Assembly: GCF_008831285.2 (NCBI RefSeq)
Contig: NC_045138.2
Location: 28,086,001 to 28,150,000 of the forward strand
Direction of reading: 5' to 3'
Source: Nymphaea colorata
Lineage: Eukaryota
Length of the DNA: 64,000 bases
The position numbers and the translations under genes are program-made. Of this stretch, positions 13,969 through 26,809 are shown one piece after another (positions within the stretch are counted from its first letter, which is position 1; every line of letters begins with the position of its first letter). Below the pieces are notes generated by a model that had not been told where the DNA came from, made no database searches, and was given only the letters and a program-made list of their open reading frames with translations.

Positions 13969-14615
13969 TTTGCAAGAGTGCTCCTTCAGAAAGCGAAATT
14001 GATGTTCCTTGGTGGCAGAGTTAGCCTCGAACTAGGCCAGCCTGCAAACGGGAAGCCAGCGTCCAAATATCTGGTGAAGTTGATATCTCCACTCAACTGC
14101 AACAATCTACCCACATCGTTGGGGGCTCACCGATGCACCTTTCCTTTCCTGGCATTCACATGGAACCGTTCTAAAACTGGCGGTTGGTCGGCCAACTTCC
14201 GTTACTCTTCCAAGAGTGGCCGTCTATCAATCTTACATGACGGAGCCGAGGGGAGCTCCACGGTGCAGGAAATTTTTGTGCGTCAATGTAAGTTGTAAGG
14301 CCCACGATTTCTCTTTCTTTTCCTTAATTATTGAAACGTTAAAATGGAGAGGAGCAGAGTAAATGGTTGCTAGAAATAGTTGAGGCTGTCAAGGGGGCAG
14401 TGATGGAAAGAAAGGCAGGATAAACCGGACTAGTAGACTAACGACTAGTAGAGTAACTGAAATATTATTGGAAGGAGGGAAGAACTGAAAAAAATCATTC
14501 TCTTTTTCATGAGAAACTAAAACAGAATTAGTATGGCAATGAAGGAGGCCTTCTAGAGGGCTGTCGACAGGAGTTGATTTTACAGGTATGGGAATGGCTC
14601 TTGTATTTTTGTTGG

Positions 14616-14655
<40 letters not shown>

Positions 14656-15123
14656 AGTAAATCTATGTATTTGTGCGCTTATACATGAATAAAGGCATGA
14701 GGTGTTGTAGGCCAGAAGACACAGCCCTCTTATTCGTAAATATCCCTGATTGTAAAAAAAAAAAAAAAAAAAGATGATAATAAATATCTATACGTATGTA
14801 TGAGGTATACTCACAGATTAACAGAAAATTCAAGGGGTATAGTTACAGTAATACTGTGAGACTCGGCCTTGTCAAATGTTCTCAGGCCATCTTGCTTCAG
14901 GCGTCACTCATGGGGACAGAACTTGTAAAACGTTTAACAAAATCAATGCTAACTCCATTTCAAACGAAACTTGGGCAACACCTTGTGTTACCGGTGAGGA
15001 TGGGATGCCCTGAAGCTCGGTCCTACAATTAGCTCCTGAGATGAAACGCTTTAGGGAGTTAGCTCCCTAGTCCCCTGTGATTTCCTGAAATCTCACCTAA
15101 ATGGATTTACATAATGTCTGAAT

Positions 15124-16260
15124 CTACGATACCAGGGAATGCATCCCCACCCGCCTCGACGTGATGCGGGTGCTGGTGCGACCATGATTCGCACCGAAGT
15201 CTGTCAAGGGTGAGTCGGGTGCGGTCAGCCGCACCCTGTCATTTTTTGACGCGCACCCGACTTGCCCCTTTCCCTTCCCTTTGCTAACGCCTTCTGAGTT
15301 CTGCCCTTCTCTATCTCTCCCACCATCATCCCTTCCACCGCAGCAGCTTTCTCTCGATTTGGCGTCGGCTGCGATCGTCTCTGCCGGCGGCATCAATTAG
15401 TTCAGGTAGCTACTTTGCAAACGGTTTATTTCAGATTTTCGTTTTCTCCAGCCTGTTTTCCCTATTTCGTCTTCTTCCTCAACCCTCTTCCAACCCCTCT
15501 GTTTTCTCTCGGTTTATTTGGTTAAGAAATTTTTCAATCGGCAATGGCTAAAGTGCAGGGCCTGCCACTGGAGCTTCCCCTCTGGCCCTCCCCATTTGCC
15601 CCACGCCCGCTCGAGTGCAATAGAAGTTCCTTCTGTGTTGCATCCCTCTGCCTCCTTGCTGAACTCCACCCTCAGGTGCTTCTCTCTTTCTCTCTCTCTC
15701 TCACTCTCTCTATCTACATTGCTGAATGTCGATGTCAATGTCACAGCTAAGGTTCGCAGGCCGAGTCGTGCAACCATCTATCAAAAGGATGAAGATGGCT
15801 ATTGACGATTAATTGTGAACTCACCAGATGACTTTTAAGTTTTATGTCATTTCTGGCAGTGTTGAATACACACAGGAATTGTTCGACAAAATGCCTGACA
15901 GGGCTGTTGTCACACCGACCACGATAATAACTGGTCTACAGTCGTATGTTTGAATTTAGATGTTCAAGAAAACGTGGAAAGCAAGAATGTTAAACTGGAT
16001 GGCCTTGTGATGGTTAGTGTAATTCGATCAGTGTGATCAAGTTGGGTTTGTATTGAATTCAATTAGCAAATTGCGATTTTGATCTTATTATTTTAATAAT
16101 TTTGTGGTTTATGACAATTTTTTGTCATACATATTATTAATATTATTATAATAAATTAATAATAATAATATTAAATACTCTCACCGCACCGCCGCATCTA
16201 AATTTTTTGAAATATGCCTCGCCGGCACCAGCACCCACACCCTGCACCTTGGTGACATAA
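15124..16260. mobile_element. Non-autonomous hAT-like element nested in the LTR
   Basis: Perfect 8-bp TSD GTCTGAAT (15116-15123 and 16261-16268), imperfect TIRs CTACGATACCAGGG / CCTTGGTGACATAA, and subterminal GCACC/GGTGC repeats. Confidence 0.8.
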
Positions 16261-17084
16261 GTCTGAATCCTAGAGAACTAGAATATGTTCCCTCTTGGAA
16301 GGCTGAACCATGGTATAGAGGTATCAGCGTCTTATGATGTTCAGATGCCTATAAACCTAAAATATCAAGTCATAAATTGCCCATATGTAAAATTGAAAGT
16401 ATAATAAAAAGAACAGAAAATTGACTTCAAATATGTCTCTGCATGTTTGATTCAGAACAGTTTGACAGCTAGAGGAAGGCTTCAGAATTGTTACTGCTTA
16501 GTGCCAATCGATATTTACTCACTTGGCAGACGTCTACAATGATGGAATCAATAGGTGCTAGGTAAAGATCTGAATAGTTACAACATTGCATGTTGCTCTC
16601 GTATCATTGTCTCAGTCCCCACTTCTAGAATCATACGTGCTACTGTTCTAGCAGGTCAGGGTCCAAAGAAATCAATATAAGATCTGAAAGTGGTCACCTA
16701 GATTTGCGAGTTCAGGTGGCAAATCTGATGACTCCACAACTCCAGCAGTGCTGCAAGGGAACTTGCTCAATAACTATGTTGATTTACTAATCACAGGGAA
16801 GTCTGTACACCATATATAAGAAATTGAAGACAATATAACTGTCAGAAAAGTCTGTTCACATTTACCTGGAACTATGAACAACAAGTTTTTAGAAGTCCTT
16901 GTTTTGGTAGACGAGTTTGATCACTGGAAAAAGATTACACTCATGATAGACCTTACTGCCGGATCGCCAGAGTCACAGTATGATCGCCAGAGTTTCCGGA
17001 GAATTCCTGCCAAGTTGGATGCGATTTGGACTCGAATGATGAAGGAATCGAAGATGGAAGGAGTCGGGTGCTCTATTCTAGCGA

Positions 17085-17670
17085 AGTCTAAAACTGTGTC
17101 GAATTCCGGCGACCGGCGCTGTCAGCTCCGGCATTGAAAAATGTCAAGTAGGAGCGCGTTAGATTTGTATGCTTGTGTAGATTATTCTTACAAAATTTCA
17201 TAATTTTTGGAGCTGCCGAAAAAAAAAATTGAATTTTTCAGTGACTGTCTGTCGCTAGAGTGTTTTCTGCGACGGAAGGTCTGAAAACTACATCGGATTC
17301 CGGTGACCGGCTTTGTCAGCTCCGGTGTCGGAAAATAACAAGTAAGAACTCGTTGGATTTGTTTGTTCCTGAAGATTACTTTTGTAAAATTTCATAATTT
17401 TTGGGTGAGCGGTTGAGGAGATACAAATTTTTGAGTGACCGCCTATCGCTAGAATGCTTATTTGTGAAACCAGAAACTAAACCAGATTCTGGCGACCGGC
17501 GCTGTCAGTTCCGGTGTTGGAAAATATTGTGCAAGAGCTCGTTGGATTCGTCTGACTCTGAAGATTATCCCTGTAAAATTTCATATTTTTTGAAGAAACT
17601 GATGAAGAAATATGAATTTTTGAATGACAGCCTGTCACTAGAGTGCTTTCTGCGACGATTGAAGAACTGA
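17085..17670. repeat. Three ~190-bp tandem units inside the LTR-like element
   Basis: The motif GG(C/T)GACCGGC..TGTCAG(C/T)TCCGG recurs at ~17108, ~17301 and ~17491, with colinear sequence between copies. Confidence 0.85.
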
Positions 17671-19049
17671 CGGCAGAACAGTTGTCTCTTGTGCCTACCC
17701 CCGTCAAATTCAGCTGGTGGGCAGGTTTGAGATTTGATCTTAAGTCCCTCGGAGTCCTTCTGACAAAAAAAAAAATCAGAGTATTTGTAGCCTAAAAGGG
17801 GTTTTTCTTATATTTGTTTACAATTTCGATGGAAAAACGTAATGTTATGCATGGTACCCTAAGTTTTATTTAACATTTTAAAAAAAAGGTTTTGAAATCT
17901 CTTGTTTTTATAAGATGATCACAATATTATTATTTAAGATTTCTTAACGTGATCTATCTTATATTGATGCATGTCTATTCAACTTTACTTGGTTGCCATT
18001 AAATTAAGTTAGGAAATAGCTTATTGCTTTTATACGAGAAACCGAGGGTAGTTTATGTGAGAGGTAATAGACTATGTCTAGTGATGATAAACCCTCACAT
18101 TCGAATTTCGTAGGTGAAACGTAGATTGTGTATGCATTGGTATATGCAAGTGTGAGCTTTGTGTTTTACCCAGTGTTTGGTTTCGTTCCGGAAAGTAGTA
18201 GTGCGCGTGAGCTCACTGTTGTCGCACACTTCTCTGTCTGCACTAGAGGACCCACTAGGTATTGTGCGACACAAGGGCCAGGATTTTGCAGTTTCTATTG
18301 AAGATCAAGGCGTCTCTTGGTCCCTTACCCCGGGTTTCTAGAGGGATCCTGCTACTGCAGCGGCGATATGGGATATCTCAGGAGACTTCACTACAGGTTA
18401 TCCTCGATCTGTTGGATCGCCTGGCGAAAATATGTCTTGTTCTGCCCGTGAGTTGTGCCCACGAGGATTTCTGTTGTTGCTCGGCACGATGACCATACCT
18501 ATTGTAATGATAGGCTACGGTTGGAAGTTTACGAATATTTGGAGGTTGTGCACACCTCATTTTTGTTAATGAATCGTAACGTTAATGTGTATTAAGATTT
18601 GGGAACTTATGGTTGTTGACTATAAGGTCTCATATGTATTTGTTTGACGAAATCAAATATTACTTTGTTGGGTCATGTTTCATTCATGGCTGGATTTTTC
18701 CAAACTCAAAGGAATTCTGACTTATCTTCTTATTTTTATAGGTAGTTCTTGAGATACTTTGGCTCATAGAGTGTCAATCTCAGTCTTTTGATGGACAAGC
18801 ATTGACAATTTGAACACTGCGTCGGTTTTAGACATTGTAGTTATTTTAGTTGTTTGGGTTAAGTGTTTTACTTTTGAAATAAACGTGTGTGTTTGATTTG
18901 TTTAAGTTTTGGTCATGACTTAATGTGACTTTAGCTTGGTGTCAAAACTGGGGTCGTAACATAGCAAAAATACAAACAAAAATAAAGAACTTCGATGAGT
19001 AGAAAATGCTGCCAAATGATCAGTTTCTGAACGACGATGCTAGCCCTGC

Positions 19050-19810
19050 TTCCGTCATACATTGCCCGTCATTTTGCAGTCTGGAAAAAGGGTTGCAGCC
19101 ACATGGTTGGATATTATATAAAACAAACTTTCGAGCTCCGACATTGTACAGTTTTTGCTAAAAAGAAAAGGAATAAATAAATAAATCTATAAATTAATGT
19201 CCTCGTATGCAATATTCACGCGGCCAAGGCCGAATCTCCTCTTGTTTTTGTTCCTGCTCAGATTTCTGTTTCTAGTGTTATTTTTCCTTGTTTTCTTTGT
19301 TAAGTTTTTTTTTTTTGTTACTTTTATCTTTTTCTTTTAACTGTTGATTGGCGACACCTTGTCACCACATTTTGTTTTGAATAAATTTTCATTTGTCGGT
19401 TCTCTCTTTTTCCTTTTCCCACTCATATGACTGCGACGATCAAAGGAATTTGAAATCCACTTATATCGGTTTTGTTAAAAATATGTTTAAAAATGTATAG
19501 AAATACAAACATGCACCTCCTAAAGTTTGCGAAAAAAAGATTAACAGCTCCCTGAACTCTTTTTCTGGCTGCAGGTTTTTGTAGCTCAAGTCGGAAGGAA
19601 TAGTTCCCAATAAGGACGCGAGTGAGTTCTTCATGAATGCATGGTCTGTCATCAGAGTCGAAGCAAGTGTAGAGGAAGTCATTGCCGTAGTGACGAACAT
19701 GAAGATGGCGTGAGACATGAAATATGAAGTCTCGTTGAGCTCAGCCTCCAGCTCACGTCCAGGAAGTTCTCCACTTGGTGGCTCAGCAGTATGATGTCTT
19801 CTTGTAATTC
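19050..19810 (-). pseudogene. GDSL pseudogene fragment psi-b (exon 2 plus the 5' part of exon 3)
   Basis: Near-copy of psi-a exon 2 with frameshifts (19580-19810). Exon 3 KLYNVGARKFVLYNIQPCGCNPFSRLQNDGQC has a mutated acceptor (CAA) and is truncated near 19050. Confidence 0.85.
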
Positions 19811-20333
19811 ATTCTATCACATGCGAACTGCCTTTTGTTCATGTACCATAACATCAGAGACTTTAAATGACAGCAATAGAGAATAACAATAACAATAGCA
19901 ACGATAATAATCTCTTTGAAGTTCAAGAAGCTTTGTACAAGCTTATAGGTGAACTGATGTAAAGCATTTGAGATGAGTGGAACATCCTCGTTATGAGGTG
20001 AAGGCTTGGGGTGGCGTCATATATACTGAGAGGAAAACCTATACATGCCCAAAGCTTCAAATGAATGACGCCTCTCAAGGCTTCAAAGGCTTCTATCTAT
20101 AACGGCGCCTTTTGGGAGGGCAAAGCTAACAACGAAGGCCGTGCGTAATTAATTGTGAGAGCCAGCTAAAAAGTGTCTTCCATAAAGAATTAATGCACAT
20201 GACCTTTTGTCATTTCTTTTATGGTTTCTGTGTCCTGTGTATTCGAAAAGAGTAGAAGCAAATGATGCCACACTCGTTTCATTTTATTAAATCCCACATT
20301 AAAGCCTTTCATTTAGTTGTCTGGTTATGTGGG

Positions 20334-20336
<3 letters not shown>

Positions 20337-20430
<94 letters not shown>
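20337..20430. repeat. Compound (TA)n(GA)n microsatellite
   Basis: Read directly, with the same flanks as 8139-8263. Confidence 0.98.
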
Positions 20431-20431
<1 letters not shown>

Positions 20432-21578
20432 GAAAATATTTAAATGTCACACTCATAATGGTGTTTTTTATCCTTTGTGATAGATGGTCATGAGAAAAAC
20501 AATAAGAAAAGGTAACGGGGTAACCCGGCTCACTCATAAGGGTATTTTGATATTTTGTAATGGATGGTTGAGAAAAAAAATCAAAAAGTGATGGAGATTT
20601 TCACTATACCAAAAGTGATTGGAGATTTTCACCATACCATCTACTATTAGTCTTACGTTTTTCTCTTTGTTTTTTCTGTCAAAAGTTAATTCATAATCGA
20701 TTGAGCTACCCTTATAAGGACAAACAAGGACCTTGAAAACTGGTTTCTTGTTTTGCAAGACAGGAAGATAGCTTTTCCTTGTTGACGGGGCATAAGCTGG
20801 GCTTTATATAGAAACTGATTGAGAGAAGTGGGCGAGCAATTTGCAGGCTATTTAGCGACAATACTCCAAAGTCCAAACATTTAACTCAAACCTGACTATT
20901 CTAAAATATATTAATATATAATCATCTTTTCTTGATTACTAACAATTAAACACGAGGTTATGTAATCGATACTCACGTTCCACATAAACATATCGATCAG
21001 ACTGGAATTTTTAATCTGGTTTTCAAATGTTGGTGTTTCTAAGCAAAATAATTGCAAATTGCATTCTCAGATGATCTGATCGGCATCTCTACCCCTAGAT
21101 GTCTTATCGGAGTCTTAAAGGAGGAAAAAAATGTTTGTCCACTCCTTTTGCTATAAAAGCAGGAGAAGAGGGTGACTTTATTTGTGATGGAATTATACCA
21201 TGTTTGAAATGATATATAGGGACAGATAATCCAAGTGATGAATGTCTCGTCCACAAAAATGGTAGAAAAAGGGGATAAATATTGTCATGAGATTGGGATT
21301 TGACGCGATTTTCCTGCATACGGCAGGTTAAATGTTTCAAAGAAAAAAAGCCATATGTACTGCCCATGCACATCGCACTGGACCCTTGTCTCTGCAGGTT
21401 ATACATTTTATAATTTTTATTTTGAAAAAATTAACTTAAAATCCAAAAAATAAAAAAAACTAAGGCAAACGTAGTTTTGAGTGACCAGCCTCGGCCTTCA
21501 TCGGCAACATATTGTTTAGATGCTTCATAATCTCCTTGTACTGAATCGACAAGTTGTAATTAATTAAGAGCCAGCGAG

Positions 21579-22033
21579 TGTCACGGGCCGAGTTCCTCAA
21601 GCCCGCGCGGCGCCGAAAGGCGTTCCTCAAAGCCTCGGCCAGCCGTCTCTCTCTTAAGCTAGCGGAAGCATTCATCTTTTTTTCGGAACTGTGGACTAGA
21701 CGAAAATGCTAAGCACCCGGCACACCATCACCCAGGTTTATCTCATTGTCGGCCATCGGTAAGCCGTGGCCATGAGGCCATGTCAGAACTTCGTCATTCA
21801 TCCAAGTGCCTATCTACATCCCTGCGCAATCTGGGTAGGGGTAGACTTCCCTTGCGAGGAAGTCCCCAGCCGAAGCCAGTTGACGACTATATGTCATTAA
21901 GTAAGGCGGCCGACCATCGCCCTACTCGACGATAAACATTCACTTGCTCACCCCTGCGTGACTCTACGCGGTTGTAGAACGCAGCGTATCCTTTTACTAG
22001 CTTGGCCGGGCTAGACACAGTCGACCGGCAACA
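21579..22033. mobile_element. 455-bp GC-rich solo LTR
   Basis: TGTCACGGGCCGA...TCGACCGGCAACA termini and a perfect 5-bp TSD GCGAG (21574-21578 and 22034-22038). Absent from the paralogous block at ~28700. Confidence 0.88.
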
Positions 22034-23337
22034 GCGAGGGCCACCAAATGATATTAATAATTTCCCCGACGACGGCACTCTTTTAATATATCTATCAATT
22101 AGTTTCAGCGGTTCACAAATCTGGCATCTTCCAGTCTAGAAAACTCCCTCTTCCAGTCTAGAAAACTCCCTCTACCTTTAGCAAAAGCTAGCTACCATCC
22201 TGTCCCATCCCCACTGAAGGCTGATTTAATATGAATGATAAAGGTGCAATTGATCCTAGCCATCCAACCCTAGAGAACAACCCAAATGTCAAATTAAATC
22301 AAACCCAACTGAAAACGCCAAATCCATAAGAACTCCAACTTATGACCTTCATTTCAAGGTGGGTGAGAGGATGCTTCTCCTTTTAACGCATCTTTTTTCA
22401 TTCCTAATCTCCAATTCCCTTCTTTATCCACTGTAGAATAAGATGAATAAATTGACGGTAGTATGAACATTCCCAACTTTTGATGGACTGATCAAGTGCA
22501 AAAATCCATCCCATTGCATTTGGCTCCTAATAAATACGTTATACTCTTAAAAGTCCTCTCCTTCCAATTTCCATGCTCATGTAGGGATATCTAGAAGTGC
22601 ATTTACATCCAGTTCAAACCAGAATCAAATATCCTTCATCGGTCTGTTAGCCACCACAAGCTTCCAGATTGGGAATGCAAAAACCCCTCCTACTACTCTT
22701 ACAATACCATCAGCATTATTAGAGACACAAGAGATGAGTAAAATGAACCTCTTTCCCCTCACTTAACGTGTGAGGATAGTATATTGACATTCACTCGTAT
22801 GTTACAGATGTTGGTTATGGTAACAAGTTAATACTTGCTATACATTCAAGGATATAAATATGAAACGATTCAGTCTGGAAAGAATATCATGTAACTGCAG
22901 ACGTTGTATTTAGTTGATTGCGTATTGAGAGGGCAGGGTGTCGATCTGGTGCTGCAGTTTTATTTTCAACGTCTAGATAGTAGATCTCTTCAACAACTGG
23001 ATGATTTGCAACGACTAGACAGCAGGTCTTGGCATAATTAGCTTCAACGGCTGGATCATCAGTTTTAACAAGCATCAGTACTACTACTCTTACAATACTA
23101 TCAGCATCAGTATTCATCAGTACGCACATCTTCTGCTCTTCGGGAAACTGCTGTTGGTGGGTATGGAGAACCTTGGTCTAGCACTCCTACTGCACCCCAA
23201 GCCCACTTGACGAGGCTTAATTTGATGCGGCGGCCACATTGGTGACAACTTGTTTGATGTGTTTATCACCAACAATGGCTTGAAGCACACTGCTGCCAGC
23301 GATGAGACCCACACCTTGATAATTAGTTTCTTGCAAT

Positions 23338-23533
23338 GGGCGGAGGGAGGGGGGCGCCGGCCATGGTCTCACTCCAACAAATGAAAAAAAAAATTACAAT
23401 ATAAAATTTAATTTTTTTTTTTCTGCTCTTTCATGTATTCTTTGAATGTGAATTCGGTTTGGTCCTACTCAAATCCAACCTCAACTCTCATTTCGCCCGC
23501 CCACCCTTAAAAGAAATCTTGACTCCGCCCCGG
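23338..23533. mobile_element. hAT-like MITE (GGGCGGAG...CTCCGCCCC)
   Basis: TIRs plus an 8-bp TSD CTTGCAAT/ATTGCAAT. Empty sites are visible in the paralogous blocks at ~30175 and ~37670. Confidence 0.82.
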
Positions 23534-24286
23534 ATTGCAATCCCAAACCCCACAGGACATCCGTAATCTGAAGTTCAGTGAAACCTGTCACTATCTTCTT
23601 ATTTCCTCGAAGAAAAATGGAACGCCGGCCACTGACTACCAGAGAAACACTACCGACGACAAAATCGGAGCAATCATTAAGAAATAGTGATAATAAAGAG
23701 TATTAATCGCATCAAGGGCTCCTTAAATTTGCATTAAAGTTGCATTAGATATGACAGCAAAAGATATTAATGTTGCATCCCATCATTATAAGCACCCAGA
23801 AATCAATCTTTAAGGAATTTAGTATCGTTGACATGATGAGTGTGACCATCCGTGAAGCCAATTTTTTTTTTTAACTAAATATGTAGTTAACAAATTCTTA
23901 CCAGTAGAAAAATGACCAAAAATTCATAGAACTACTTCATACAATTGGACCACAGGTCCACAGTGCACTCAAATCTGACACTGAATTAACGATTACAGCT
24001 CATTGAGACCTCACATATCTCCACCGCCTAGGATGTTATTGGAATAACAGCAAATAAACCATCACGCAAGCTGGTATACATTACAAGCTTATTCTTCTTC
24101 TCAGGCACCTACTGCTGGAATCTTCTACCAAACCATCCCTCTCTTTTTCTTCATTATTAACCTTTTTTTTTTCCATTCACGCAACCGGAGGAAACGCCCT
24201 CTCCTGTAGAATCTAACCAAAAACAACAATCCCTGGATATTGATCAACCTCCCTTCTTCCTACTCGAAGGGCTGAAGTCCAAGGGC

Positions 24287-26598
24287 TTAACTAACCGGCC
24301 GGAGCTCCTCTTGGCCGGAGATCGGGAACCCCTTATTGTTCAAGCCTTCCACTGGCCATAGTTTATAGGGCACATTATAAAGCGTGGAGTTGAAGGAGAT
24401 GTTGGCAAGCGTCTTGACATTGAGAGGGTGAACTTCGCTGCTCAGATTGGATAGGTAAGCCCTTGTGGAGAGATAGTCGTACACCTTCTCCGTAGGATGC
24501 ACCCTGTCATAGTAGAGGTAGATGCTCCTGTTCGAGCACGAGCTCCCGTACTCTTCACATACGAACCCTTTAGAGCCCTCTACGTAGCAGCAAGACACAT
24601 TGATCACTTCTATTCCTGTCCAAAATTCAAAAAAAAGTATTATGAAAGAGTATATTGATGTCGCAACTTAATTGAATCTGAATTTGATTGTAGTATTTTA
24701 AATCATGATCCAGTTTTGGAATCATATCTGGATCCATTCAATTCTGATTATGCTGGGCATGACCCGATCCAGAAAAGGAAGAGCCTAATCCACGTACCGA
24801 AGGAAGCAGGTTCGTCAATGACTTGGCTGATAATGTTGTAGGTGTTGACGTAGACGAATACGGAGCCAGGCATCTCCTCCATGAACTCATCCAGGGAAGC
24901 ATTCAAATGGTTATTGAACATAACCATTGCATCGTTGTACTCCTCCACACATTGCCCGTCATTTTGGATTCTGGAACCAGGGCTGCAGCCACTTGGTTGT
25001 ATATTGTACAGAACAAACTTCCGAGCTCCGGCGCTGTAAAGTTTCTATCATTAAGTAAATAAATAAATAAATGTTCAAGTAATGTCCACAAATAGTTACC
25101 CGGCCAATTAGACAGTGTTTTAAAAGAATCACTAGGTAGGTAATAATTTTTAAGTAATGTCCTCCCTAGTGGTTAACCAGTTGGGCAGCGAGCATATCCA
25201 ATCTTGACCAGGTGCCGTCGATTCAACTCAATGCTAGAAAATAAAAGATTAAATTAACCTTGAATTGTAAAAACAAAAAAGGATAAAGAAAATTAGAAAA
25301 GGCCCAAGTTTCTTCTCTTTTTTCTTTTTCTTGGAGTTCAGGGTTATTTTGGAATCTGGGTGAGAAATATTTTGGAATCTTGAAGAGAAATAAAACAATA
25401 TGTCAACTAAAATTTCACACATTCATCTTTTATAACTTAGATCAGTAGTGTCCACTAAAATTGAATTGACTTTCATAAAAAAAAAAAGACTTTTTTGCAA
25501 AGAAAATTAAAAGAAAAAAAAAAGATTTTTTACAAAGACAACTGAAAAAGTGAAAAGTTACGTACCGTTAGCCGAAAAGAAATACCTTTTAAACAAAGAA
25601 AACATATGTGAGTACCTCAAGTTGGACGGTGTAGTTCCCAATAAGGATGCTAGTGAGCTCTTCAAAATCACATGAATCATCTGATGATAAAAAGCAATGG
25701 TAGTTATAGTCGTTGCCGCCTATGACGAACATAAAGATGGCGTGGGACATGAAATATGAAGTGTCACTGAGCTCAGCCTCCAGCTCCGGCAGCGTCACGT
25801 TCAGGAAGTTCTCCACTTGGTGGCTCAGTGGTATGATATGCCACTTTGACATATAAATCATCCATCACATGCCAATGAAAACAAATGTTCATAACAACAA
25901 TAATAAATAACACTGATTATCTATAAATGATGCAGGGCTCCTTTTGGCATCTTTTGCGTAGAGAAATTGCCCTAGAAGCAAGATTCAGTCAGTTTGATTT
26001 GTTCGATAGACTCTAACCCATAAAATAAAAGGGGAGGGAACTCTATCTCTCACCCAAGTAGTGAAGCAAACGTCCCACCGACAGATGGAAATAGAATTTC
26101 ATATAAATTCGGCAAAAAAACAGTCCCTTCCCCTTTGTTTTGTTTTTTTCGAAGCGACTTCCCATGTCCGTAAGGAAAAAGACAAAAAGAGTGAAGTTGT
26201 AAATTAACATATTCTGCACTTACGGCCACAAAAGTAGTGTCAAGAATGCCAGCACCAGCAGAGGCATAGTTAACGCCATGAAGGATGTGAGCACCCTTAG
26301 TCTGGGGATTGTTGAACACGGGAAGGTAGTCGGGGATGCCCAAGTGCTCCGCCAGTATATCCGCCGGGTTCCTCCCGTTTGTGATCCTCCCGGTTGGGCC
26401 CAGAGGGAAGTCCACCCCGTAGGGTGGGTAGTCCGCCTTCGCATCAGTATCCTCAATGTAGTTGTTGTTTCCGCTGTCCACGAACGAGTCCCCAAACACG
26501 AAAAGAGCCTTCACTGCAGTCTGCTCGGCCTTCACTGGCTTGAGAAAGACGATCAAGTGAACCAGGGAGAGAAGAAGGAGGTTGGGAACAGCCTTCAT
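24287..26598 (-). CDS. Secreted GDSL esterase/lipase 'GDSL-3', 4 exons, 392 aa
   Basis: Exons 26598-26224, 25843-25616, 25044-24798 and 24615-24287 with GT-AG introns, 1179 nt in an open frame. Signal peptide, GDS, GVNYASAGAG, GGND and DRVH motifs are all intact. Confidence 0.93.
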
Positions 26599-26809
26599 TT
26601 TTGCAAGAGCTTTCCTTCAGAAAGAGAAAGATAGATTGACGTTCCTTGGTGACAGAATTAGCCTCCTCTTATACAGTAACGCTTTAAGTGAACGAGACCC
26701 GCCCGTAACCGGGAAGCCAGCGTACGAACATCTAGTGAAGTCACTGATGCATCTTTCCTGGCATTCACATGCATCTACCCGTCTGAATCACGTGGCCGTC
26801 TATCCTTCT

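Larger units (their letters stand above)
14294..18961. mobile_element. Large solo-LTR-like element (Ty3/gypsy-type termini) with nested insertions
   Basis: Begins TGTAAGGCCC and ends GGGTCGTAACA. Its flanks join up in the paralogous empty site upstream of GDSL-4 (~41120-41145). No clean TSD and no coding domains seen. Confidence 0.7.
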
